Positions 1 through 10,504 of a stretch of 64,000 bases of DNA are shown piece by piece. The notes below the pieces were generated by a model. The model did no database searches. It was not told the origin of the DNA and saw nothing but the letters and a program-made list of their open reading frames with translations. The first letter of the stretch is position 1; every line of letters begins with the position of its first letter. Source of the DNA: Ophelia neglecta (Eukaryota); contig OZ260666.1 of assembly GCA_965285935.1 (NCBI GenBank), forward strand, positions 806,001 through 870,000. Direction: 5' to 3'. Both the position numbers and the translations under genes were made by a program.

Positions 1-610
1 AGTTTACTTACCCACAATGGCCCAGGAGTTTACTTGCCCACAATGCCCCAGGGGTTTACTTACCCACAATGCCAACCAGAGATTACGTCCCCACAATGCC
101 CAGAGGAGTTTACTTACCGATAATTCCCCCGGAGTTTACTTACCCACAATGCCCCAGGAGTTTCTTACCCACAATGCCCCAGGAGTTCACTTACCCACAA
201 TGTCCCAGGAGTTTCTAACCCATAATGCCCCAGGAGTTCACTTACCCACAATGCCCAGAGGAGTTTACTTACCGATAATTCCCCCGGAGTTCACTTACCA
301 GGAGTTTCTTACCCACAATGGCCCAGGAGTTTACTTACCCACAATGCGCCAGGAGTTTACTTAACCACGATGCCAACAGGAGTTAACTTACCAACAATGC
401 CCCAGGAGTTTAGTTTCCCAAAATACCCCAGGTTTGTAATTACACTTAATTCCAAAAGGAATTAATTCACCCACAATATGTTTCAGGAGTTTATCTTCCC
501 ATAATGCCCCAGGAGCTTAGTTACCAACATTGCCCCAGGACTGACTTACCCACAATGCCCCAGGACTTACTCACCCACAATGCCCCAGGACTGACTTACC
601 CACAATGCCC
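1..610. repeat. 25-26 bp minisatellite (cttacccacaatgccccaggagttta) made of the MCT exon-5 end plus its 5' splice site
   Basis: More than 20 tandem units; the minus strand of a unit reads GGGCATTGTGG|GTAAG, the same as the true exon end at 600. Confidence 0.9.
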
Positions 611-1354
611 AAACGAGAGAGCTGCTGCTAACATACAGAACAGAGGATTTCTCAGTAGCTCCCGGTCAAACAGCCTTGCCACAAACGCTCTCACTGGTGA
701 CCTTCCCCTGTTCTCTGGGGTCACAGCATTGGTTGTCATGGTGCCATCTGCCCCTGAGATGTCTGTAAGGGTGTCCTGGAGTGGGATATGGTACAGAGAA
801 CTGTGGCTTGGGGCCTGTAAGTCCTGTGGGAGTCGGGGCGTGACTCGTGACAGGGAGCGTACACTCCATCCTCTACGGACCCTGGCTGACCTCCTGACCC
901 GAGGTTGCCATGACAACGACCTGGCCATATAAACCTCTTTGATTTCTACCTGTGCACTATGATCGGCGGTTGGAAAGGTAATTGGTTGATTTTCCTTGTT
1001 ATGACAGTCGACCCTCCCCACTCCAGCTTGGCTCCTCCCCTCTGTATTCTGACTCCTCCCCTCTTTATTCTGACTCCTCCCCTCTGCATTCTGACTCCTC
1101 CCCTCTGTATTCTGACTCATCCCCTCTGTATACTGACACTTCCCTTCTCCAGCTTGGCTCCTCCCCTCTGTATGCTGACTCCTCCCCTCTCCAGCTTGGC
1201 TCCTCCCCTCTGTATGCTGACTCCTCCCCTCTCCAGCTTGGCTCCTCCCCTCTGTGAGCTTGTCAGGCCCCCTTGAGAAGAACTCCGTTGGCCGTAGCAG
1301 GAGAGCTGCAGGGAGGGCCTGCAGGGCCAGCCCGGCGTACATCAGCAAAGAACC
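600..1354 (-). CDS. SLC16/MCT-family transporter, exon 5 (TM6, large cytoplasmic loop, start of TM7); gene continues beyond the left edge
   Basis: 755 nt, TAG acceptor / GTAAGT donor; GSLLMYAGLALQALPAALLLRP (TM6 with LLRP motif) ... LFDRELLRNPLF (pre-TM7 motif). Confidence 0.85.
1012..1255 (-). repeat. 21-bp coding tandem repeat (EGRSQNT / EGRSQAG heptapeptides) in the MCT loop
   Basis: About 11 units of (g)actcctcccctctgtattct-like sequence, in frame within exon 5. Confidence 0.85.
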
Positions 1355-1840
1355 CTAGAGAAAGTACGGAGAATGTCTATAGATGACACTAACAGTGGAA
1401 TGTCTAAATTCAGAGTCAGTTGAAAGGAAAACAGAAGTATCACTAATTGACAACTAAGATTTCATATGACTATCTGACCCACCGTCAGGGCAGATAGTGG
1501 CAAGTGCCAATCGCCCTACCCCTCCCCCGACGTCCTTCCCCTCCCCCGACGTCCTTCCCCTCCCCCGGCGTCCTTCCCCTCCCCCGACGTCCTCCTCCCT
1601 CCCCCGACGTCCTTCCCCTCCCCCAGCCCCACCTGAAAGCCGTAGTGCGTACTGTGGTATGACCAGCGGACCCAGACACCCCCTAGACAAGGTAGACCAT
1701 AAGGCAGGGCTCCCCGCCATCTTGCCCCGCCCTTCTCCCTTGTCCCGCCCCTCCCCCTTGCCCCCCCCCCTTGCCCCTCCCCCTTGCCCTTCCCCCTTGC
1801 CCCGCCCCTCCCCCTCACCCCCTTCCTCCCTATGCCTCAC

Positions 1841-1968
1841 CTGAAAGCCGTAGTGTCGTATCATCAGACTGAGGTACTGTGGTATGACCAGCTGACCCAG
1901 ACTCCCTCCAGACAGGGTTAGACCATTGGCCAGAGCTCGGCGACTCTTGAAGTACTTTCCTACCATCA
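1841..1968 (-). CDS. SLC16/MCT-family transporter, exon 4 (VMVGKYFKSRRALANGLTLSGGSLGQLVIPQYLSLMIRHYGFQ)
   Basis: YFxxRRALANG is the diagnostic SLC16 motif before TM5; 128 nt, CAG / GTGAGG, phase 1-0. Confidence 0.9.
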
Positions 1969-2189
1969 CTGAAGGGAGAAAACAAAAAAAACTAAATGTT
2001 GAAATAACCAAAAAATACAATCTCAGAATCACAAGAAGACGAGGGAGGGGGAATTGAGGTCTTGCAGAATTTATATCAAGTTTGCACAAATTATTCTGTT
2101 TACATTCTGTCTATCTTTGTATTAATTAAAAGTTCAAGGAGTTATTTGAAGAAAAACACATGACCCGTCACCCTGAACGAATACCTTAC

Positions 2190-2369
2190 CAAGACTCGGC
2201 CCAAAGAGCAATCCGCAGCCGACCCCTGAGCCCAAGCCAAGAGTTACCAAGACAACCAAGATATTGGGGGCCATTGAGGTCAAGGTCAAGGACAGGGTCA
2301 AGGTCATGATGCCTACTAACACCACCTGGCGGTAGGAAGTAAAGGCACCCACAGCATTCCCTACAGCCG
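2190..2369 (-). CDS. SLC16/MCT-family transporter, exon 3 (TM3-TM4)
   Basis: 180 nt, CAG / GTAAGG, phase 1-1; LGLGSGVGCGLLFGPSL matches the MCT TM4 G-x-G-x-G pattern. Confidence 0.85.
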
Positions 2370-3107
2370 CTGAAAATAATAAAAGTATCATGCTATAGTA
2401 TAAAAGAACTTCTTGGTGCTGCCCCCTGTTGATTGAATAAAAGAATCATTCTTGTTGGTGCTGCTCCCTGTTTATTGTATAATAGTGTTTTCATTACCGT
2501 TTTTTAATGGAAAACCCCAATTTCAGACCTGCGCAAAATCTTTAACATTCCAATGTGAAATATGCACCTTGGTAAACATTGTATGGAGTGATTGTAGCTT
2601 CAGTAACTTTAGGCCCAGTGTACTCCAACAAATAACAATACTACTAACGACGAAAAGGGTAAAAAATGGTCACAATTTGAGAATACGGGGCAAAATAGCC
2701 CGGGGGAGGTATCATCCCTGTTAACTCCAATCCCCGGGGAGGAATAAACCCTGGACATGGGCGGGTAAGCTTCACCCAAGGGCCAGATATGGGACCTAAA
2801 AAAAGAGCTTAACCTCCAGACAAAAAATGACGTAACTTCAAATGAAAATACGGGTAAAAAGGAGCTGTCTCGTGTAATGAGGGTCTTAAAGAGCAGTTTA
2901 CGCGATAACAAGGGTCGAAAAGAGCGGTTATTTCGAAAATTGAGGCTAAAGGATTAAGCACACCCGTATGGACTAATACACTATTGAGTGCCCCCCACCC
3001 CCACCCCCCTCCGGCAAAATAGAAATTTCATTGGAAGGCTGTATATGATACTGGGATAATTAAATCGCTAGTGATGAGTTTAATAGTATAAAATTGAGAA
3101 GTAGTAC

Positions 3108-3251
3108 CAAAGACTGCGAATCCTGCAGCTACTAGGGCCATGGCGAGGGCCGTTATACTACTATCCGCCTTGAACCTGGCCATGAGCTCCACAAAAAGGA
3201 TGCCGAGGGAGCGAGTCCCTCCCTGCACCAGAAACTGCTGGACAGCACAAC
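3108..3251 (-). CDS. SLC16/MCT-family transporter, exon 2 (GCAVQQFLVQGGTRSLGILFVELMARFKADSSITALAMALVAAGFAVF)
   Basis: 144 nt, CAG acceptor and GT donor, phase 1-1. SLGILFVEL..F is typical of the MCT TM1-TM2 region. Three duplicated acceptors lie upstream. Confidence 0.8.
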
Positions 3252-3515
3252 CTGAAAATAACAACAGGGAAGGGGTAAGACAGAACAGCGAGGGAGCGTG
3301 TCCCTCCCTGGACCAGAAACTGCTGGACAGCACAACCTGAAAATAACAACGAAGAGGGGATAAGACAGAAAAGCGAGGGAGCGTGTCCCTCCCTTGATCA
3401 GAAACTGCTGGACAGCACAACCTGAAAATAACAAAGAGGAGGGGATAAGACAGAACAGCGTGTGGGCGTGTCCCTCCCTGGACCAGAAACTGCTGGACAG
3501 CACAACCTGAAAGAA
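3205..3515. repeat. 85-bp tandem repeat, ~4 copies of the MCT exon-2 acceptor plus exon start
   Basis: gaaactgctggacagcacaacctgaaa recurs, giving potential exon starts at 3251, 3336, 3421 and 3506. Confidence 0.9.
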
Positions 3516-4573
3516 ACAGCAAACTACCCATTTACATTTAATAATAACCAGGTAAAGTTGGATTGACTTATTTTGACATATATATTTAGGGCAAATTATG
3601 TACCCTCCAGGTTTAAATTTTTCAATATGCAGGATAAACGAATATTTTAAAACTAAACTAACAGCCTGGAGGGAAGGGGGAAGTTGTTTGATTGAACAGC
3701 CTGAAATATTCAACGGGAAGGGGTTAGACATAATTCAAGCAACCTGGTATATACACAGAACAGCCTGGAACACACAAGGCCAAAATATAAGGACTGGTTA
3801 AATACGGTTAGGCAATTTGCTATATTTTTATATTTAGATGTGATGTAGGGGACGCCTGGAGCGTGTCCTTTGGCGTTGCCCTTCTGAGATGTTAATATCG
3901 GGGTTTACGGAGAAAGCGGCTGTGGCAGGTTCTCATAGTATGCTCCATATTGCTTTTTTGTGCTGAAAATACTTCCGATTTCTCCATTTTAGACCTAAAG
4001 TCCATATTGTTTACACGGCTGCCCATGAATAATCATGAAAACAAACAGAGGACACGTAAATTCGAATGAATGTCCATATGAAGCATAATATTATTTATTG
4101 GCTGAATAAAGCCAAGCAAAACGCATGCGCTATGCTTTATCCGGGCTGATAATTACATTGACGTCACCATGGGGGATTCCCGGGTCTTTCCCACAACAGC
4201 GTTATTTATGGTTTTTCGCAATCCAGTGTATTCAACAGTTGTTTTCAAATAATTCATTTGACCTACTGCTATATTCATATTTAACATGCTATCTATAACT
4301 GATTCTGATCTTTGGCCTACACTACCTGGGTGTTCCAAAATTGATGACGTCAATATATCAGCTTGTTCAGCTATAACACCAACTTAGTTGAAAATAGTGA
4401 CTCAGTGTGTTAATCAACTCAGTCGTTGTCATCTGCATTTTATTGCGTAAACCAGATAAAAAAAAAAGACAAAAAAGGCCGCACGCTGGCATGACTTTTA
4501 GCAAAGTGAAACTACCAAAAACTACTGCCTTGTTTTTTTGGTATTGTCTACATTAATTTTTATATGCACTTAC

Positions 4574-4622
4574 CAAAACAGACGACCCATGCGTAGCCAT
4601 GATCCACAGGGTGAGCTGCCAT
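4574..4622 (-). CDS. SLC16/MCT-family transporter, coding exon 1 (MAAHPVDHGYAWVVCF)
   Basis: ATG at 4622; PVDHGYAWVV matches the MCT TM1 D-G-G-W-G-W-type signature; donor G|GTAAGT at 4573; phase 1 joins exon 2 in frame. Too short for the ORF track. Confidence 0.8.
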
Positions 4623-4639
4623 TATCCTATCCCTCCAGA

Positions 4640-4985
4640 CAGAGTGATGCTAGGCCTGTGTAGACCGACACAGGTATATCACCTATAGTCCAGAGTGATG
4701 CTAGGCCTGTGTAGACCGACACAGGTATATCACCTATAGTCCAGAGTGATGCTAGGCCTGTGTAGACCGACACAGGTATATTATCTATACTCCAGAATGA
4801 TGCTAGGCCTGTGAAGACAGTCACAGATATGTCCTATACCTCAGTGTGATACCAGGCCTGTGTAGACCGACACAGGTATATTATCTATTCTCCAGAGAGA
4901 TGCTAGCCCTGTTTAGGCCGACACGGGTATAACACCTATACCTCAGAGAGATGCTAGACCTGTATAGACTGACAGAGGTACATAT
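4640..4985. repeat. 51-bp tandem repeat (~7 copies) immediately upstream of the MCT ATG
   Basis: cagagtgatgctaggcctgtgtagaccgacacaggtat at 4640, 4691, 4742 and so on; internal hairpin cctgtgt/acacagg. Confidence 0.9.
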
Positions 4986-5151
4986 TTTTTACACTTCAGA
5001 TGGACTTCTGGATAGACCAAATCTCGTGCAGTGAATCTCTGAGTAGCCTGGCTGTCGACTACAGGAGCACTGAGTTGACAGCGAGATGTGGTTTAAAGAT
5101 TTAACAAACCTAATTTGTATTCAAAAACATTAGGAGAACATAAAACCAAAC

Positions 5152-5898
5152 TGCACTGTGCTCAAGGCCCCAGCGAGGAGTGGGTCTGGGGGACCTCGGA
5201 GGGCGGGTGACACAGTTAGCGACCTCGACTGTCAGCTGATTAACCTACCAGCCGCCTGTGTAGTGCTAGTGTAGAACCGTTCTGGGCGGGGCTGCCCACT
5301 GCACTGGTCTCAAGGCCCCAGCGAGGAGTGGGTCTGGGGGACCTCGGAGGGCGGGTGACACAGTTAGCGACCTCGACTGTCAGCTGATTAACCTACCAGC
5401 CGCCTGTGTAGTGCTAGTGTAGAACCGTTCTGGGCGGGGCTGCCCACTGCACTGGTCTCAAGGCCCCAGCGAGGAGTGGGTCTGGGGGATCTCGGAGGGC
5501 GGGTGACACAGTTAGCGACCTCGACTGTCAGCTGATTAACCTACCAGCCGCCTGTGTAGTGCTAGTGTAGAACCGTTCTGGGTGGGGCTGCCCACTGCAC
5601 TGGTCTCAAGGCCCCAGCGAGGAGTGGGTCTGGGGGACCTCGGAGGGCGGGTGACACAGTTAGCGACCTCGACTGTCAGCTGATTAACCTACCAGCCGCC
5701 TGTGTAGTGCTAGTGTAGAACCGTTCTGGGTGGGGCTGCCTGCTGCACTGTGCTCAAGGCCCCAGCGAGGAGTGGGTCTGGGGGACCTCGGAGGGCGGGT
5801 GACACAGTTAGCGACCTCGACTGTCAGCTGATTAACCCACCAGCCGCCTGTGTAGTGCTAGTCTAGAACCGTTCTGGGTGGGGCTGCCCACTGCACTG
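5152..5898. repeat. 148-bp GC-rich tandem repeat, 5 near-identical copies
   Basis: ctcaaggccccagcgagg at 5161, 5309, 5457, 5605, 5753. Confidence 0.95.
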
Positions 5899-8808
5899 CT
5901 GACATTTTGTCACTTTAGACGGGGTCCCAGATCACAATCTGACTCGGAGACCCTAGTATTTGACCCTCCTCTACATAAGCCACTGGCCAAAGTGTGACCC
6001 GTGGACAGGAGGGTCCCCTTCAAGGGATTAGAATGGAATAAGGACGCTTGGGTTCTTTTCAACTGCACGTCAAAGAATGTGGGCGGCACCACCAAGAATG
6101 GTTCTAAAGTAAGCAGTACCAATGAGAATGATTGTAAATGGTTGTAAAGTGGGCCAAACCACCGAGAATGGTACTATACTCCCTCTGAGACTAGGAGCAT
6201 GTGTCATCAGACCATACTGGTAACCTGGTATGATATTTGGTTGGAGTACACTTGCTGGTAACTCCATTATAAAACATATAAAACATCGGTTACAGCATCT
6301 GGAGGGTTAAAGGGGGGGGGGGGGGGCTGGATGTGGAACGGGGTCTGGGTCCTTCTTGGGGTGCATGATATGAGTTTGTGACCCTACCTACACCCATAAA
6401 TCTCCTACGCGTGTTAGTATCTACGCTTCAAAGCGTAAAACTAAGTATAACAGTATCCCACACGGGCAGGAATCTCATGATCTGTGGTGCCGCTACTGTA
6501 ACTACCAAGGCAATCCTAAAGGTTATTCTTAATGATTTTCATCAAATTGAATTTTGGAATTGAAGTAGTTTATATGGTGTTACTTGACGCATCGCATCAA
6601 CACGTACAGGGGAGGAGTGCGGTTTTAATATACTAACAGTAACGCCAGGACGCCAGTAATAGCCCAGGCTTTAAGACTGGACGCCCTTTAACATTTATAC
6701 ATAGATACAATGGTAGAATAAGCATATGCTATACGAGTATGTATCAGTAGGCCTATAGTAACTCATTGCGCGTTCCGATAAATTACCCAAATAACTCGTC
6801 TGCCTTATAAATAATGAGGATTGCCAAAAGATGAAGAATAAATTGTAGACATTACCAGTAATGAGAAAATCACTAATATACTTAATATACTATTAAAAGA
6901 CTCTCCAATACGGAGAGACTGTTCGTTAAAATACCTAATACGGAGCCGGGGCCTCCTCCGGGAGGACCAACGCCAGGCTGGCCTCCGGCGGAGCCCACGC
7001 CGGGAGGTCTCCGCCGAGAGGCCTACGCCGGGAGGACCTAAGCCAGGCCGGGGCCTACGTTTAAATCTGGGTTACATTTGATGACTCAAAATACTGGCTC
7101 ATCCTTAAAAGAACTTATTTTCAGGGGAGTCACCCTCTCACCGGCGTTGCCATGCGACCAAAGCGGAGAGAGGTTAAACAGAGTGTTTATCGCAGTTAAA
7201 CGGTAGCGCTAAGCTGTCACAGCGCCACTCGGCGTGTTATGCTATGATCAATGGAAACTAAGTTACTTTTTTTATTTTAGGGTTCGATGTTTAAAGTTTT
7301 GTTTAACATAAGTATGGACCCTTTTTTTCTTGTGTTTTGTATAGACGCAAAGACCCCAAGCTGGCTATGCAGCTTACTCCCGGGTATATACATATAGACT
7401 AGGCCTATAATATATATAAATTTAAGGCCTACCAAGCTCCGGCATTGGGTGACAGACTCCGGCATTCGAGCTATGAGTGCCGCCCTCCGTCTGGGTAAGT
7501 ACCAACATTCAAACAAATATTCATTCTGCTCCGAGAGTGTTCTTAAATATATGAACAAATGTAATCATTCTGTGTTGGAGTGCCACTGTTTTGTATGCCA
7601 GTTCCGGAACATGGTCGTCTGCAAACAGCCAGAGATCGGAATATCCTGGATATTATATAAGCTTTAAGTTTTCTTCTGATCATAATCTGCGATGACTTGA
7701 TTAGACGGTTGAAAGGGTAATAGCAGCTTACAGCTATCAAACAGTACGGAGGTCAGCAGCCATTCCCAAGCCATACAACTTTTTGCTTAGCCTATTATTA
7801 GCATCACCACAATTGTGGTGCAGACCTACAAAGTTAGTCACTTTAAATAGTCCTACCGTTTAGACTATTCGCCACAAAGTCCTACTTATTAAGACGTTAC
7901 ACCACACAGGAAACCATAAATAAACAGGAAAAAAAATACGAAGATTGTTTATTATATACCTTTTTTTTTTTTTCACATACAAGATTTTTTATCTTCTACG
8001 AAGATTTTTTATCATATACAGGTTCTGTTTATTCTTAGTCTCTGGTAACATTGTACGGCCTTTAATATCCGTTGTCGGTGGCTTTCCAGTTTATTTATAA
8101 ACATGACTAGCCAAGAACGAACTTAATGCTCTGTTTCATTAGTGGACAACAGGAAGTCTTTCATATGTGATTGTAATAATCTGAATCGATTATCACTTGT
8201 ATAAAGGGAGACTACCACAGTCAAGCTGTTCCTCTTGGACTCCAGCCTTGTATAACCTCTGTAAAGTACTTCCATTATGAAAACAGTTTTGATTTGATGC
8301 ATATTAAGTGCATATTTTTTATATATCGGCAAATCATCAGTTCATCTAAAGCAATACAAATTAAACAAAATTAAATTCCGTTGGCGCATACCCGAAGATC
8401 TTCATCCCGGGGCTTTGCTGCTAGTCTCCCGCATTAGAATTTCTCAGACTTGACAGTCCTGCCGGCATTGTCCGTACTATGATACCTGTATCATTCCAGA
8501 GAATTCAGTGAACACCATACTCGCTGATAGTGGAGGTCGCGCAGTTTGTTAATCGTCAATGAGGTAAAATCTCCAGTTCTTTTTAGCTATCCAGTCTAGG
8601 TATGCTTTAAAACGGCACCAGCCTAGCACTCCGAAAACAACTACGGTGATCATACGTTTAGGAAGTTTTGCAGCGAGATACCAAACTGCCTTTACTTTAC
8701 ATCAACTTTCCCTAGTCCTTAGCTGAGACCTGCATATTCGGCCAGGACGCTTCCTAAGTGTGTCAGACTCCGTAAACTCTCTCCTGCAGTGCCTCCTAAT
8801 GCCACACA

Positions 8809-9620
8809 TGAAGTGTAGTAAAGTGAAGTGAAGTGAGAAGTGAAGTGAAGAGAAGTGAAGTGAGGTTTATTTACCACATATCATATCCATAGGAATACAT
8901 ACATTCAATCATAAATAGAAAACGAAACAATAATAGTGGAAGGAGAATAAAATGGAAGCTCCAAGGAGCTTATTGCATCACCCTGTAGTGGATAATAACG
9001 AATCATGATTTACTTATATGGTAAAGTGCTATACAAAGTATAGGTCAAATTAGACATGTACATGAAAAAAGATTTATATACAAAGAAACTGGAATTAGGT
9101 AATAAAAAAAGAACACATACAAGATAACAGTTATTATATCGCGAGAAGACTACTATTATAGTTTTGGCGGCATTGAAATCAAACCTCCACTTGTTACTAC
9201 AGCTGACACAGATGTCTATGATCTGTTGTAGGCGTGTCGGGGACATACAGGGCAATGTCCTGCGCTGATGGTGACAGTTCTCCCACAGATACATCCACAT
9301 GAAGTTAATAAACAAGTCATGATTGTATATTGGGTAGTTATAAGCTCCCAGGACGGAGCCTTGTCGAGATGACTGTAGTAGTGGCAGCTTTTCGGAGGGT
9401 CTTCTGTTTACTACTAATTGCGCGCAGATCTTTTTCCAGCGGTTTCTAAGCCGCCGCCAGTATTTACTCTTGAACTTTACCTTGTACATTTTAACGCAGA
9501 AGCTACCATGCCACACACTATCAAAAGCGGTGGCTTCATCTAGAAGACATATACTGGCGTCCCGTTCTCCAGGCAGCACACAATTACTTCCTGGACTGTC
9601 AACCAAGTCATCAGGCTACA
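8809..9620 (-). mobile_element. Decayed non-LTR retrotransposon (RT remnant, 3' UTR and (CTTCA)n tail)
   Basis: ORF 9010-9606 has RT-like motifs LDEATAFDSVWH, RQGSVLG and KWRFDFNAAKT; the minus strand ends AATAAA followed by (CACTT)n at ~8809-8870. Confidence 0.75.
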
Positions 9621-9717
9621 ATTTTGCTTCTGCTATGCCCCTTGCATTTCATTTCAACATTCCATTACAATAACGTGCAGTAGAAGCCAAGTCACGCGAA
9701 GTAGAAGAAATCTACTC

Positions 9718-9796
9718 CTACGTGAAAGAGATCCGATTACCAAACTCCTCATTTAATTGCTTCCTCTTGTTGAGAGACAAGCAGTTGTTTCCTAAA
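9718..9796 (-). CDS. NLR terminal exon (LGNNCLSLNKRKQLNEEFGNRISFT*)
   Basis: TTTTCAG acceptor, compatible phase, LRR-start motif LxxN, TAG stop. Confidence 0.7.
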
Positions 9797-10185
9797 CTGA
9801 AAAATAAAGAAACAAGTAAGTGAGCTGTCAGGTCTGTATCGAAAGTCTACACGGGGATCCTCTACTGAACGTACTGTTGGATGAAATGAAACATGATTCC
9901 GGTGTCAGTAGCCACATAATTACTATATCTGATACATGGTTATGTGCAAATTTCGAAATGGCGGTACAAATACAAGTCTGCATTCTGGTTTGTAAGTATA
10001 AAGTACCAGAAAAATAGCTATGTGGAGGTCAGTTCATATCTATGAAATCTCGTGTACAATTAAAATGGAGGAATGACATTATACTTGAATCTGAGGCAGA
10101 GTTTCACTATGTTGGTTTAATTACAAAACTGTGTTGTGTTAATACACTGTGTTGTTGTCCATACAATGTACACGGGTGTACTTAC

Positions 10186-10266
10186 ACCATTGACAGAGTG
10201 CTATTAATCCTGAGAACTTCAGCCAATCGATCCGCCCCGATATCGGTTATTCGGTTTCCATACAGA
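10186..10266 (-). CDS. NLR LRR exon (LYGNRITDIGADRLAEVLRINSTLSM)
   Basis: 81 nt, CAG / GTAAGT, RI-like LRR consensus. Confidence 0.8.
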
Positions 10267-10349
10267 CTGTAAAATAAAGAATTACCTTTAGGATGAAATA
10301 TAATTTATTGAGACAGTGAAACATAGATTCATACGCAATTACTATAAAA

Positions 10350-10353
<4 letters not shown>

Positions 10354-10386
<33 letters not shown>
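10354..10386. repeat. (TA)n microsatellite
   Basis: Direct reading. Confidence 0.95.
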
Positions 10387-10389
<3 letters not shown>

Positions 10390-10504
10390 CATTCACCACA
10401 TTTGTTCGTAGGAAATCTAGTTTTTATTCTGTTTAAAAATGTTCAGTTGTTTTGTTTGACATTTTGAGTGTAAGTTGAAAAGTGAGGAAGGGGAGAACAT
10501 CGCT

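Noticed and set aside
2699-3013. Possible MITE with CCCGGGGG...CCCC-CCGG ends in an MCT intron
   Set aside because: Ends are degenerate, there is no TSD and no second copy in the window.
5910-8480. Possible coding remnants at 5910-6267 and 8123-8332
   Set aside because: No motif I can identify with confidence; would need tblastx against TE and viral libraries.
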